This document shows, piece after piece, positions 25,053 to 40,425 of a stretch of DNA of 64,000 bases. A model generated the notes under the pieces. It was not told the DNA's origin, did not search any database, and saw only the letters and a program-made list of their open reading frames with translations. This DNA comes from Owenia fusiformis (taxonomy: Eukaryota): assembly GCA_903813345.2 (NCBI GenBank), contig CAIIXF020000001.1, positions 22,568,001 through 22,632,000 on the forward strand, in the 5' to 3' direction. A program made the position numbers and the translations under genes. How positions within the stretch are numbered: position 1 is the first letter of the stretch; every line of letters begins with the position of its first letter.

Positions 25053-25420
25053 TAGACTCCAGATGAAAATCTGGAGTCTATTGCTTTCGTCAGTTTTCTT
25101 TATTATTAGACTCCAGATGTCAATCTGGAGTCTATTGTTTTTGCCAGTATTCTTATTCTTCTTCTTATTCTTATTAGACTCCAGATGTCAATCTGGAGTC
25201 TATTGTTTTTGCCAGTATTCTTCTTATTATTAGACTCCAGATGTCAATCTGGAGTCTATTGTTTTTGCCAGTATTCTTCTTCTTCTTCTTCTTCTTCTTA
25301 TTAGACTCCAGATTTCATCTGGAGTCTATTGCTTTTGCCAGTTTTCTTATTATTAGACTCCAGATTGAAAATCTGGAGTCTATTGTTTTTGCCAGTATTC
25401 TTCTTCTTCTTCTTATTATT
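25053..25420 (+). repeat. Stack of six consecutive element 5' heads
   Basis: AGACTCCAGAT starts at 25054, 25108, 25176, 25232, 25303 and 25355, separated only by TTA/TTC microsatellite. Confidence 0.95.
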
Positions 25421-27168
25421 TTTCTTTAAGAGTTTTTTCAATAACTATAAGGTATCCAGTAAAGACCATTATACAGTTCATTTAGGTTCAGTATCTAGTT
25501 GGTGGGAAATTGGGTCAAATTTTTATCTAGGTCAAAGGTCAAGAACTAGGTCAAATCCAGTACTTTGTCACTTTTTTCGATTTTCTCGGTCGTCCTTCAA
25601 TATTTTTGATCCGGGTTTTTTTCATTGTGTTCCTCATAAAAAAGTAGAAAATCTAGGGTCGATTTAGTTTTTTAATATCTCAAACCAATTTCGAGATATC
25701 AGTGTCCGAAAACGAGGTCCAAAAAAAGTTCTCCGAATCCAATGTCCAGGATATCAGTCTTATAGGAGATTTTCTCAGGATTCCGAATCTGAAAACCAAA
25801 TTTCGATTTGACTTCCGGTTCAGAAGTTATGGCGTTTTGAAAATTCAAAAATCGCTAAATTTGGTACCCCATGTTAATTCAATGGGAAAAAATATTTTTT
25901 TGAAGTGTAAAATACGAGATACAGACTAAGCACAGCTAAACATAATGGAAGCCCATAAAAGAAAGGGACCTCAAAACCTTCTTTTCATAAAAATTTGGAC
26001 ACCAAAATGCCTAGGTCAAAATCTAGGTCAAATTCAAAGTTTTTCCTTATTTTTGCGATTCTGACACTACAGATTAATTATATTCTTCAAAATTTTGTAT
26101 ACATGTAGCCAAGAGTGTGCTAATAGTGTTAGCCTTTTGCCGTCAGAAAGTATTATGCCCCACTTTTGAGATATGGTGTCCGAAAAGTAGGTCAAAATAA
26201 AAAAATTCTCCAAATTTAACGTTTGAGTTATGAATTAAGTATAGAATTTTCTCAGAAATCCGAATCTGCAAATCAAAATTCGATCCGACTTCCTGTTCGG
26301 AAGTTATGACATTTTGAAAGCTCAAAAATCGCTAAATTTGGTGCCCCATGTTATGTCAATGGGAAAAAAGATTTTTTGAAGTGTAAAATTCGAGATATAG
26401 ACTAAGTACAGCTTAAAATAATGAAAGCCTATGAAAGAAAGGGACCTCGAAGGCTACCTAACTTCAAAATTTGGACACCAAAATCCCCAGGTCAAAATCT
26501 AGGTCAAATTCATAGTTTTTCCTTATTTTTGCGATTCTGACACTATGTTTAAATGATTTGCTTCAAAATTTTGTATACAGGTAGGAAAAAGTGTGCTAAT
26601 AGTGTTAGCCTTTTGCCGTCATAAAGTATTCCTACCCACTTTTGAGATATGGTGTCCGAAAAGTAGGTCAAAATAAAAAGTTCTCCAAATTTAGCATATG
26701 AGTTATGAATTAAGGGTAGAATTTTCTCAGGAATCCGAGTCTGCAAACCAAATTTCGATCCGACATCCGATTCGAAAGTTATGGCGTTTTGAAATTTCGA
26801 GAAAAATCGATCTGATGGTATCCTGATAGAAAGTCAAGAATAGAGAAGAAAATATTGAAAAATGCATCCATCCTTCCTTTGTGATCCTATCGTATCCTTC
26901 TTATCTACCTTTCCTTCATATCCCCTCCTTCCTATCCTTCCTATTCTATTCCTTCTTCATATTCTATTCTATCATTCTTTCCTATTCTATCCTATCGTTC
27001 CCTCCTATTCTAGCCTATCCTTCCTTCCTTTTTCATCCATCCATCCATCCATCTTTTTCTGGATGACTCAGCTTATTTTGGATGACTCGGCTTATTCTGG
27101 ATGACTCGGCCAAAAAAAGTCTAGATCTGGAGTCTGAAATTGAACTTTGTTCAATTTCCAAAGTCTAG
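25354..27168 (+). mobile_element. Intact HINE-like copy
   Basis: Head, body with ~476-bp internal repeats, CCTAT-rich block, and tail ending CTAG at 27168. Confidence 0.85.
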
Positions 27169-27175
27169 TTATTAT

Positions 27176-27222
27176 TAGACTCCAGATTGAAAATCTGGAG
27201 TCTATTGTTTTCGTCAGTTTTC

Positions 27223-27255
<33 letters not shown>

Positions 27256-28650
27256 CAGGCACGTTTTCTCAATAACCATAGGGTCTTCAGTAAAGTCAAT
27301 CGGTTGGTCAATTTAGGTTCAGAATCTAGTTCCTCGGAAATTGGGTCAAATTTTTATCTAGGTCAAAGGTCAAGAACTAGGTCAAATCCAGTACTTTGTC
27401 ACTTTTTTCGATTTTCTCGGTCGTCCTTCAATATTTTCGATCCGGGTTTTTTTCATTGTGTTCCTTATAAAAAAGTAGGAAACCTAGGGTCGATTTAGTT
27501 TTTTGATATCTCAAACCGATTTCGAGGTATCAGTGTCCGAAAACGAGGTCCAAAAAAAGTTCTCCGAATCAAATGTCCAGGATATCAATCTTATAGGAAA
27601 TTTTCCCAGGGTTCCGAATCAGAAAACGGAATTTCGATCCGACTACCGGTTCGGAAGTTATGGCGTTTTGAAAACTCAAAAATCGCTAAATTTGGTGCCC
27701 ATGTTAAGTCAATGGGAAAAAATATTTTTTTGAAGTGAAAAATACGGAATAAAGACTGAGTTCAGCTTCATATAATCAAAGCCTTTAAAAGAAGGGGACC
27801 TCAAAAGCCATCTAGCTTTAAAATTTGGACACCGAAATGCCTAGGTCAAAATCTAGGTCAAATTCATAGGTTTTCCTTATTTTTTCGATTCTGACACTAC
27901 ACTCTAATTATATTCTTCGAAATTGTGTATACATGTAGCCAAGAATATGCTTATAGTGTTAGCCTTTTGCCGCCAGAAAGTATTTTGACCCACTTTTGAG
28001 ATATGGTGTCCGAAAAGTAGGTCAAAATAAAAAGTTCTCCAAATTTAATATATGAGTTATGAATTAAGGGTACAATTCTGTCAGGAATCCGAATCTGCAA
28101 ACCAAATTTCGATCCGACTTCCGGTTCGGAAGTTATGGCGTGTCCGAAAAGTAGGTCAAAATAAAAAATCTCCAAATTTAACGTATGAGTTATGAATTAG
28201 GGGTAGAATTTTGTCAGGAATCCGAATCTTTCAATCGAATTTCGATCCGACTTCCGGTTCGGAAGTTATGGTGTTTTGAAATTTCGGAAAATCGATCTGA
28301 TGGTATCCTGATAGAAAGTCAAGAGTAGAGAAGAATATGTTGAAAAATTCATCCATCCTTCCTATCTGATCTTATCCTATCCTTCCTTTCTATCATTTCT
28401 TCGTATCTTTTCCTTCCTATCCTTCTTATCCTATCCTTTCTTCCTATTCTATTCTATCCTATCCTTCTTTCTTATTCTATCCTATCGTTCTTTCCTATTC
28501 TATCCTATCCTACCTTCCTATTTTATTTATCCATCTCTTTCTAGATGACTCAGCTTATTCTGGATGACTCGGCTTATTCTGGATGACTCGGCTAAAAAAA
28601 GTCTAGATCTGGAGTCTGAAATTGAACTTCGTTCAATTTCCAAAATCTAG
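27176..28650 (+). mobile_element. Intact HINE-like copy (TTTTCGTCAG head subfamily)
   Basis: Head at 27177; tail CTAG at 28650. Confidence 0.85.
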
Positions 28651-31600
28651 TTATTATTATTATTATTATTTTTCTTTCTTTGCCAGTTTTCTCAGCTACT
28701 AGAAGGACTTACTAAAATCTGCTAACATAATCAGCTGGGTAATGAGACCTAGTTTCTGGGAAATTAGGTCAAATGTTTATCTAGGTCAAAGGTCAAGAAC
28801 TAGGTCAAATCGTGTGTTTTCACTATTTTACAAGTTTTCTCAGTCGTCCTTCGGTATTTTGGCTCCGGGTTTTTTTCATCATGTTCCTTAGAAAAAAAGC
28901 TAATTCCGTAAGGCAAATCGTTTTTTGATTACTCCTACCGATTTTGAGATATGGCGTCCGAAAAGTAGGTCAGAACATAAAAAGTTCTCCAAAGTCAACG
29001 TGTGAGTTATCAAATAAGTGTAGAATTATCTCAGGAATCCGAATCTGCAAACAAAAATCTGATCCGACATCCGGTTCGGAAGTTATAGCCTTTTGAAATC
29101 TCAAAAATCGCTAAATTTGGTGCCTATGTTAAGTCAATGGGAAAAAAGACTTTTTCGAAGTGTAAAATACAAGATGTAGACTGAGTACAGCTTAACATAA
29201 TGAATGCTTATAAAACAAGGGGACCTCAAAAGCTACATAGCTTCAAAATTTGGACACCAAAATGCCTAGGTCAAAATCTAGGTCAAATTCATAGTTTTTC
29301 CTTATTTTTGCGATTCTGGCACTACACTTTTAGGATTTGCTTCAAAATTTTGTATACAGGTAGCAAAGAGTGTGCTAATAGTGTTAGCCTTTTGCCGTCA
29401 AAAAGTATTTTGACCCACTTTTGAGATATGGTGTCCGTAAAGTAGGTCAAAATAAAAATTTCTCATAATTTAACTTATGAGTTATGAATTAAGGGTAGAA
29501 TTTTCTCAGGAATCCGAATCTGCAAACCAAATTTCAATCCGACTTTTCGTTGGGAAGTTATGGCGTTTTGAAAGCTCAAAAATCGCTAATTTTGGTGCCC
29601 CATGTTATGTCAATGAGAAAAAAGATTTTTTTGAAGTGTAAAATACCAGATAAAGACTGAGTACAGCTTAAGATTCTGAAAGTCTATAAAAGAAGGGGAC
29701 CTCGAAGGCTATCTAGCTTTAAAATTTGGACACCAAAATCCCTAGGTCAAAATCTAGGTCAAATACATAGTTTTTCCTTATTTTTGCGATTCTGGCACTA
29801 CACCTTTAGGATTTGCTTCAAAATTTTGTATACAGGTAGCAAAGAGTGGGCTTATAGTGTTAGCCTTTTGCCGTCAGAGAGTATTTTGACCCACTTTTGA
29901 GATATGGTGTCCGAAAAGTAGGTCAAAATAAAAGTTCTCCGAATTTAGCATATGAGTTATGAAATAAGGATAGAATTTTCTGAGGAATCTGAATCTGCAA
30001 ACCAAATTTCGATCCGACTTTCTGTTTGAAAGTTATAGCGTTTTGAAAGCTCAAAAATTGCTAAATTTGGTGCCCCATGTTATGTCAATAGGGAAAAAGA
30101 TTTTTTTGAAGTCTAAAAGACCAAATATAGACTGAGTACAGCTTAACATTCTGAAAGCCTTTAAAAGAAGGGGACTTCGAAGGCTATCTAGCTTTAAAAT
30201 TTGGACACCAAAATGCCAAGGTCAAAATCTAGGGCAAATTCATAATTTTCCTTATTTTTGCGATTCTGACATTACACTTTAATGATTTGCTTCGAAATTT
30301 TGTATACAGGTAGCAAAGAGTGTGCTTATAGTGATAGCCTTTTGCCGTCAGAAAGTATTTTGACCCACTTTTGAGATATGGTGTCCAAAAAGTAGGTCAA
30401 AATAAAAAAATCTCCAAATTTAATGTATGAGTTATGAATTAAGGGTAGAATTTTCTCAGGAGTCCGAATCTTTAAACCAAAATACAATCTAACTTCTGGT
30501 TAGATAGTTATAGCGGTTTGAAGTCTCGAAAAGTCGATATGATGATATCCCCATGTTAAGCCAATGGAGTCGAAGATAAAAAATGGAGAGTTGTCTAAAT
30601 GTCTAAATTCTAGCTGACTCGATCAGCTTATTCTGGATGACTCAGCTTACAAGTATTCTGGATGACTCAGCTTAAAAAAAGAATTAAATCTGGAGTCTTA
30701 AATTGAACTTGTTCAATTTACATGTCTAGTTATTATTTTTCTTTAAGAGTTTTTTCAATAACTATAAGGTATCCAGTAAAGACCATTATACAGTTCATTT
30801 AGGTTCAGTATCTAGTTGGTGGGAAATTGGGTCAAATTTTTATCTAGGTCAAAGGTCAAGAACTAGGTCAAATCCAGTACTTTGTCACTTTTTTCGATTT
30901 TCTCGGTCGTCCTTCAATATTTTTGATCCGGGTTTTTTTCATTGTGTTCCTCATAAAAAAGTAGAAAATCTAGCGTCGATTTAGTTTTTTGGTATCTCAA
31001 ACCAATTTCGAGATATCAGTGTCCGAAAACGAGGTCCAAAAAAAAATTCTCCGAATCCAATGTCCAGGATATCAGTATTATAGGAGATTTTCTCAGGATT
31101 CCGAATCTGAAAACCAAATTTCGATCTGACTTCCGGTTCAGAAGTTATGGCGTTTTGAAAATTCAAAAATCGCTAAATTTGGTACCCCATGTTAATTCAA
31201 TGGGAAAAAATATTTTTTTGAAGTGTAAAATACGAGATACAGACTAAGTACAGCTTAAAATAATGAAAGTCTATGAAAGAAGGGAACCTCGAAGGCTTCC
31301 TTATTTCAAAATTTGGACACCAAAATGCCTAGGTCAAAAATTGGTCAAATTCATAGTTTATCCTTATTTTTGCGATTCTGACACTACACTTTAATTATAT
31401 TCCTCGAAATTGTGTATACATGTAGCCAAGAGTGTGCTAATAGCGTTAGCCTTTTGCCGTCAGGAAGTATTTTGACCCACTTTTGAGATACGGTGTCCGA
31501 AAAATAGGTCAAAAAAAAAGTTCTCCAAATTTAACGTTTGAGTTATGAATTAAGAATAGAATTTTCTCAGAAATCCGAATCTGCCAACCAAATTTTGATA

Positions 31601-32255
31601 CGACTTCTGGTTCAGAAGTTATGGCGTGTCCGAAAAGTAGGTCAAAATAAAAATTCGCCAAATTTAATGTATGAGTTATGAATTAGAGGTAGAATTTTGT
31701 CAGGAATCCGAATCTGCAAATCAAATTTCGATTCGACTTCCGGTTCGGAAGTTATGGCGTTTTGAAATTTCAAGAAAAATCGATCTGATGGTATCCTGAT
31801 AGAAAGTCAAGAGTAGAGAAGAAAATATTGAAAAATGCATCCATCCTTCCTTTCTGATCCTATCCTATCCTTCCTATTTACCCTTGCTTCGTATCCTCTC
31901 CTTCCTATCCTTCCTATTCTATCCCTTCTTCCTATTCTATTCTATCCTTCTTTCCTATTCTATCCTATCGTTCCTTCCTATTCTATCCTATCCTTCCTTC
32001 CTTTTTCATCCATCCATCTTTTGCTGGATGACTTAGCTTATTTTGGATGACTTGGCTTATTCTGGATGACTCGGCTAAAAAAAGTCTAGATCTGGAGTCT
32101 GAAATTGAACTCGTTCAATTTCCAAAATCTAGTTATTAGACTCCAGATGTCAATCTGGAGTCTATTGTTTTTGCCAGTATTCTTCTTCTTCTTCTTCTTC
32201 TTATTAGACTCCAGATTGAAAATCTGGAGTCTATTGCTTTTGCCAGTTTTCTTAT

Positions 32256-33575
32256 TAGACTCCAGATTGAAAATCTGGAGTCTATTGTTTTTGCCAGTAT
32301 TCTTCTTATTATTCTTCTTTATTATTCTTTAGACGTTTTTTCTATAACTATAAGGTATCCAGTAAAGACCATTATACAGTTCATTTAGGTTGAGAATCTA
32401 GTTGGTGGGAAATTGGGTCAATTTTTTATCTAGGTCAAAGGTCAAGAACTAGGTCAAATCTTACATTTTCAACCTTCTGTCTATTATCTTCGTCGTTATT
32501 TATCGAAACGTCTTCCTATTTTTTTCATTATGTAGCTTAGAAACAGCCCTTTCACTAGTGTGCCATCAGATTTTTGATTACTGTTACTGATTTTGAGATA
32601 TGGCGTCCGGAAAGTAGGTCAGAACAAAAAGTTCTCCAAATTCAACATGTGAGTTATGAAATAAGTGTAGAATGATCTCAGGAATCCAAATCTGCAAATC
32701 AAATTTGGATCAGACTTCCGGTTCGGAAGTTATGGCGTTTTGAAAGCTCAAAAATCGCTAAATTTGGTGCCCATGTTAAGTCAATAGGAAAAAATGTTTT
32801 TTTTGAAGTGAAAAATACGAAATAAAGACTGAGTTCAGCTAAATATAATGAAAGCTTTTAAAAGAATGGGACCTCAAAAGCCATCTAGCTTCAAAATTTG
32901 GACACCAAAATGCCTAGGTCAAAATCTAGGTCAAATTCAAAGTTTTTCCTTAGTTTTGCGATTCTGACACTACACTTTAATTATATTCTTCGAAATTGTG
33001 TATACATGTAGCCAAGAGTGTGCTTATAGTGTTAGCCTTTTGCCGTCAGAGAGTATTTTGACCCACTTTTGAGATATGGTGTCCGAAAAGTAGGTGAAAA
33101 TAAAAAGTTCTCCAAATTTAACATATGAGTTATGAATTAAGGGTAGAATTTCCTCAGGATTCCGAGTCTGCAAATCAAATTTCGATCCAACTTCCGGTTT
33201 GAAAGTTATGGTGTTTTGAAATTTCGAGAAAAATCGATCTGATGGTATCCTGATAGAAAGTCAAGAGTAGAGAAGAAAATATTGGAAAATGCATCCATCC
33301 TTCTTTTGTGATCCTATCATATCCTTCCTATCTACCTTTTTGTATCCTCTCCTTCCTATTCTATCCCTTCTTCCTATTCTATTCTATCCTTCTTTCCTAT
33401 TCTATCCTATCGTTCCTTCCTATTCTAGCCTATCCTTCCTTCCTTTTTCATCCATCCATCTTTTTCTGGATGACTCAGCTTATTTTGGATGACTCGTCTT
33501 ATTCTGGATGACTCGGCTAAAAAAAAGTCTAGATCTGGAGTCTGAAATTGAACTTGTTCAATTTCCAAAGTCTAG
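32256..33575 (+). mobile_element. Intact HINE-like copy
   Basis: Innermost of three heads (32138, 32206, 32257); tail CTAG at 33575. Confidence 0.85.
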
Positions 33576-36500
33576 TTATTATTATTCTTTCTTTGCGCGT
33601 TTTCTCAGCAACTAGAGGGACTTTCTGAAATCTGCTTACATGGTTAAATAGGTAATGAGACCTAGTTTCTGGGAAATTAGGTCAAATTTTTATCTAGGTC
33701 AAAGGTCAAAATCTAGGTCAAATTATCATTTTGTCAATTATCTCTGTCATTTTTCAATATTTTTTCAAAATTTTTTTTTCAACGTGTAGCCAAGAAAAAG
33801 ACAATTCGACGGTGAGTAATCAATTTTTTGATTACTTTTACCGATTTTGAGATATTGCGTCCGGAAAGTAGGTCGAACGAAAAAGTTCTCCAAATTCAAC
33901 GTATGAGTTATGAAATAAGTGTAAAATTTCCTCAGGAATCTAAATCTGCAAACCAAATTTCGATCTGACTTCCGGTTCGGAAGCTATAGCGTTTTGAAAT
34001 TGCTAAATTTGGTGCCCATGTAAAGCCAATGGGAAAAAAGACTTTTTCGAAGTGTAAAATACAAGATATAGACTGAGCACAGCTTAACATAATGAATGCC
34101 CATAAAAGAAATGGACCTCAAAAGCTACCTAGCTTCAAAATTTGGACACCAAAATGCCTAGGTCAAAATCTAGGTCAAATTCATAGTTTTTCCTTATTTT
34201 TGCGAATCTGGCACTACACTTTTAGGATTTGCTTCAAAATTTTGTATACAGGTAGCAAAGAGTGTGCTAATAGTGAGAGCCTTTTGCCGTCAGAAAGTAT
34301 TTTGACCCACTTTTGAGATATGGTGTCCGTAAAGTAGGTCAAAATAAAAATTTCTCATAATTTAACTTATGAGTTATGAATTAAGGGTAGAATTTTCTCA
34401 GGAATCCGAATCTGCAAACCAAATTTCAATCCGACTTCCGGTTCGAAAGTTATGGCGTTTTGAAAGCTCAAAAATCACGAAATTTGTGTCCAATGTTAAG
34501 TCAATGGGAAAAAATATTTTTTTGAAGTGTAAAATACGAGATATAGACTGCGTATAGCTTAGCATAATGAATGCCTAAACAAGAAGGGGACCTCAAAAGC
34601 TACCTAGCATCAAAATTTGGACACCAAAATGCCTAGGTCAAAATCTAGGTCAAATTCATAGTTTTTCCTTATTTTTGCGATTCTGACACTACACTTTAAT
34701 AATTTACTTCAAAATTTTGTATACAGGTAGCAAAGAGTGTGCTAATAGTGTTAGCCTTTTGCCGTCAGAAAGTATTTTGACCCACTTTTGAGATATGGTG
34801 TCCGAAAAGTAGGTCAAAATAAAAAGTTCTCCAAATTTAACATGTGAGCCATGAATTAAGGGTAGAATTTTCCCAGGAATCCGAATGTGTAAACCAAATT
34901 TCAATCCGACTTTCGGTTCGGAAGTTATGGCGTTTTGAAAGCTCAAAAATCGCTAAATTTGGTGCCCTATGTTATGTCAATGAGAAAAAATATTTTTTTG
35001 AAGTGTAAAATACCAGATATAAACTGAGTACAGCTTAACATTCTGAAAGCCTATAAAAGAAGGAGACCTCGAAGGCTATCTAGCTTTAAAATTTGGACAC
35101 CAAAATGCCTAGGTCAAAATCTAGGTCAAATTCGTAGTTTTTCCTTATTTTTGCGATTCTGACATTACACTTTAATGATTTGCTTCGAAGTTTTGTATAC
35201 AGGTAGCAAAGAGTGGGCTTATAGTGTTAGCCTTCTGCCGTCTGAAAGTATTTTGACCCACTTTTGAGATATGGTGTCTGAAAAGTAGGTCAAAATAAAA
35301 AGTTCTCCAAATTTAACGTATGAGTTATGAATTAAGGGTAGAATTTTCTCAGGAATCAGAATCTTTAAACCAAATTTCGATCCAACTTCTGATTAGAAAG
35401 TTATAGCGGTTTGAAGTCTCGAAAAGTCGATATGATGATATCCCCATGTTAAGCCAATGGAGTCGAAGATAACATCGTCTAAATGTCTATATTCTAGCTG
35501 ACTCAGCTTATTCTGCATGACTCAGCTTACAGTTTTTCGGATGACTCACCTTAAAAAAAGTTTGAAATCTGGAGTCTTAAATTGAACTTGTTCAATTTAC
35601 ATGTCTAGTTATTATTATTATTTTTCTTTAAGAGTTTTTTCAATAACTATAAGGTATCCAGTAAAGACCATTATACAGTTCATTTAGGTTCAGTATCTAG
35701 TTGGTGGGAAATTGGGTCAAATTTTTATCTAGGTCAAAGGTCAAGAACTAGGTCAAATCTTACATTTTCAACCTTCTGTCTATTATCTTCGTCGTTATTT
35801 CTCGAAACTTCTTCATCTTTTTTTCATCCTGTAGCTTACAAACAGCCCTTTCATAAGTGTGCCATCCGTTTTTTGATTACTCTTACCGATTTTGAAATAT
35901 GGCGTCCGGAAAGTAGGTCACACCAAAACGTGCTCCAAATTCAATGTATGAGTTATGAATTAGGAGTAGAATTTTGTCAGGAATCCAAATTTGCAAACCA
36001 AATTTCGATCCGACTTCCGGTTCGGAAGTTATGGCGTTTTAAAAGCTCAAAAATCGCTAAATTTGGTGCCCATGTTAAGTCAATGGGAAAAAAGATTTTT
36101 TTGAAGTGAAAAATTCGAAATATAGACTGAGTTCAGCTTAATTTAATGAAAGCCTTCAAAAGAAGGGGACCTCAAAAGCCATCTAGCTTCAAAATTTGGA
36201 CACCAAAATGCCTAGGTCAAAATCTAGGTCAAATTCAAAGGTTTTCCTTATTTTTGCGATTCTGACACTACACTTCAATTATATTCTTTGAAATTGTGTA
36301 TACATGTAGCCAAGAGTGTGCTAATAGTGTAAGCCTTTTGCCGTCAGAAAGTATTTTGACCCACTTTTGAGATATGGTGTCCGAAAAGTAGGTCAAAATA
36401 AAAAGTTCTCCAAATTTAACATATGAGTTATGAATTAGGGGTAGAATTTTGTCAGGAATCCGAATCTGCAAACCAAATTTCGATCTGACTTCCGGTTCGG

Positions 36501-39061
36501 AAGTAATGGCGCGTCCGAAAAGTAGGTCAAAATAAAAGGTTTCCAAATTTAACGTTTGAGTTACAAATTAAGAATAGAATTTTCTCAGAAATCCGAATCT
36601 GCAAACCAAATTTCGATCCGACTTCCGGTTCCGAAGTTATGGCGTGTCCAAAAAGTAGGTCAAAATAAAAATTCGCCAAATTTAACGTATGAGTTATGAA
36701 TTAGGGGTAGAATTTTGTCAGGAATATGAATCTTTAAATCAAATTTAGATCCGACTTCTGGTTCGGAAGTTATGGCGTTTTGAAATTTCGGAAAATCGAT
36801 CTGATGGTATCCTGATAGAAAGTCAAGAGTAGAAAAGAAAATATTGAAAAATTCATCCATCCTTCCTATCTGGTCCTATCCTATCCTATCCTATCCTTCC
36901 TATCTATCCTTCCTTCGTATCCTTTCCTTCCTATCCTCTCCTATCATATCCTTTCTTCCTATTCTGTTCTATCCTATCCTTCTTTCTTATTCTATCCTAT
37001 CGTTCCTTCTCATTCTATCCTACCTTTCTATTTTATCCATCCATCTTATTCTGGATGACTCAGCTTATTCTGGATGACTCGGCTTATTTTAGATGACTGG
37101 GCTTAAAAAAGTCTAGATCTGGAGTCTGAAATTGAACTTCGTTCAATTTCCAAAGTCTAGTTATTATTATTTTTCTTTAAGAGTTTTTTCAATAACTATA
37201 AGGTATCCAGTAAAGACCATTATACAGTTCATTTAGGTTCAGTATCTAGTTGGTGGGAAATTGGGTCAAATTTTTATCTAGGTCAAAGGTCAAGAACTAG
37301 GTCAAATCCAGTACTTTGTCACTTTTTTCGATTTTCTCGGTCGTCCTTCAATATTTTTGATCCGGGTTTTTTTCATTGTGTTCCTCATAAAAAAGTAGAA
37401 AATCTAGGATCGATTTAGTTTTTTGGTATCTCAAACCGATTTCGAGATATCAGTGTCCGAAAACGAGGTCCAAAAAAAAGTTCTTCGAATCCAATGTCCA
37501 GGATATCAGTCTTATAGAAACTTTTCTCAGAATTCCGAATCTGAAAACAAAATTTCGATTTGACTCCCGGTTCAGAAGTTATGGCGTTTTGAAAATTCAA
37601 AAATCGCTAAATTTGGTGCCCCATGTTAATTCAATGGGAAAAAATATTTTTTTGAAGTGTAAAGTACGAGATATAGACTAAGCACAGCTAAACATAATGA
37701 AAGCCCATAAAAGAAAGGGACCTCAAAACCTTCTTTTCATAAAAATTTGGACACCAAAATGCCTAGGTCAAAATCTAGGTCAAATTCAAAGTTTTTCCTT
37801 ATTTTTGCGATTCTGACACTACAGATTAATTATATTCTTCGAAATTTTGTATACATGTAGCCAAGAGTGTGCTAATAGTGTTAGCCTTTTGCCGTCAGCA
37901 AGTATTTTGACCCACTTTTGAGATATGGTGTCCGAAAAGTAGGTCAAAATAAAAAATTCTCGAAATTTAACGTTTGAGTTATGAATTAAGTATAGAATTT
38001 TCTCAGGAATCCGAATCTGCAAATCAAATTTCGATCCGACTTCCGGTTCGGAAGTTATGACATTTTGAAAGCTCAAAAATCGCTAAATTTGGTGCCCCAT
38101 ATTATGTCAATGGGAAAAAGGATTTTTTTGAAGTGTAAAATACGAGATATAGACAAGGTACAGCTTATAATAATGAAAGCCTTTGAAAGAAGGGGACCTC
38201 GAAGGCTACCTAACTTCAAAATTTGGACACCAAAATCTCTAGGTCAATATCCAGGTCAAATTCATAGTTTTTCCTTATTTTTGCGATTCTGACACTATGT
38301 TTAAATGATTTGCTTCAAAATTTTGTATACAGGTAGGAAAGAGTGTGCTTATAGTGTTAGCCTTTGCCGTCAGAAAATATTTCGACCCACTTTTGAGATA
38401 TTGTGTCCGAAAAGTAGGTCAAAATAAAAAGTCCTCCAAATTTAACATATGAGTTATGAATTAAGGGTAGAATTTTCTCAGGAATCCGAGTCTGCAAATC
38501 AAATTTCGATCCCACTTCCGGTTTGTAAGTTATGGCGTTTTGAAAGCTTAATTTCGGAAAATCGATCTGATGGTATCCTGATAGAAAGTCTAGAGTAGAG
38601 AAGTCGAAAATATTGAAAAATTTATCAATCCATCTGATCTTATCCTATCCTATCCTTCCTATCTATCCTTCCCTCGTATCTTTTCCTTCCTATCCTCTCC
38701 TATCATATCCTTTCTTCCTATTCTGTTCTATCCTATCCTTCTTTCTTATTCTATCCTATCGTTCCTTCCTATACTATCCTATCCTACCTTCCTATTCTAT
38801 TCATCCATCTCTTTCTGGATGACTCAGCTTATTCTGGATGACTCGGCTAAAAATGGTCTAAATCTGGAGTCTGAAATTGAACTTCGTTCAATTTCCCAAG
38901 TCTAGTTATTAGACTCCAGATGAAATCTGGAGTCTATTGTTTTCGTCAGTTTTCTTATTAGACTCCAGATGTCAATCTGGAGTCTATTGTTTTTGCCAGT
39001 ATTCTTCTTATTAGACTCCAGATGTAAATCTGGAGTCTATTGTTTTCGTCAGTATTCTTAT

Positions 39062-40425
39062 TAGACTCCAGATGTCAATCTGGAGTCTATTGTTTTTGCC
39101 AGTATTCTTCTTCTTCTTCTTCTTCTTATTATTTTTCTTTAAGAGTTTTTTCAATAACTATAAGGTATCCAGTAAAGACCATTATACAGTTCATTTAGGT
39201 TCAGTATCTAGTTGGTGGGAAATTGGGTCAAATTTTTATCTAGGTCAAAGGTCAAGAACTAGGTCAAATCTTACATTTTCAGTCTTCTGTCTATTATCTT
39301 CGTCGTTATTTCTCGAAACGTCTTCTTCTTTTTTTTCATCCTGTAGCTTACAAACAGCCCTTTCATAAGTGTGCCATCCGTTTAATGATTACTCTTACCG
39401 ATTTTGAAATATGGCGTCCGGAAAGTAGGTCACACCAAAACGTGCCCATGTTAAGTCAATGGGAAAAAAGATTTTTTTGAAGTGTAAAATTCGAAATATA
39501 GACTGAGTTCAGCTTAATTTAATGAAAGCTCTCAAAAGAAGGGGACCTCAAAAGCCATCTAGCTTCAAAATTTGGACACCAAAATGCCTAGGTCAAAATC
39601 TAGGTCAAATTCAAAGGTTTTCCTTATTTTGGCGATTCTGACACTACACTTCAATTATATTCTTCAAAATTGTGTATACATGTAGCCAAGAGTGTGCTTA
39701 TAGTGTTAGCCTTTTGCCGTCAGAAAGTAATTTGACCCACTTTTGAGATATGGTGTCCGAAAAGTAGGTCAAAATAAAAAATTCTCAAAATTAAATGTAT
39801 GAGTTATGAATTAGGAGTAGAATTTTGTCAGGAATCCGAATCTGCAAACTAAATTTCGATCCGACTTCCGGTTCGGAAGTTATGGCGTGTCCAAAAAGTA
39901 GGTCAAAATAAAAAGTTTCCAAATTTAACGTATGAGTTATGAATTAGGGGTAGAATTTTGTCAGGAATCCGAATCTGCAAACCAAATTGCGATCCGACTT
40001 CCGGTTCGGAAGTGATAGCGTTTTGAAATTTCGAGAAAAATCGATCTGATGATATCCTGATAGAAAGTCAAGGATAGCAAAGAAAATATTGAAAAATCCA
40101 TCCATCATTCCTACCCTATCTGATCCTATCCTATCTTATCCTTCCAATCTATACTTCTTTCATATTTTTTACCCTATCCTCCATATCCTATCCTTTCTTC
40201 CTATTCTATCCTATCCTTCTTTTCTATTCTATCCTATCGTTCCTTCCTATTCTATCCTATTCTTCCTTCCTATTCAATCCGCCCATCAATCTTTTTCTGG
40301 ATGACTCAGCTTATTTTTGATGACTCAGCTTATTCTGGATGACTCGGCTTATTCTGGATGACTGGGCTTAAAAAAGTCTAGATCTGGAGTCTGAAATTGA
40401 ACTTCGTTCAATTTCCAAAGTCTAG
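39062..40425 (+). mobile_element. HINE-like copy with an internal deletion
   Basis: Innermost of four heads (38911, 38960, 39013, 39063). It is a near copy of 22117-23615 with a GTGC-microhomology deletion at ~39445. Confidence 0.85.

Noticed and set aside
25053-25420. Stacks of palindromic ~45-bp repeats resembling a CRISPR array
   Set aside because: The spacers are only TTA/TTC microsatellite, no cas genes are present, and the context is eukaryotic. The repeats are stacked transposon 5' ends.
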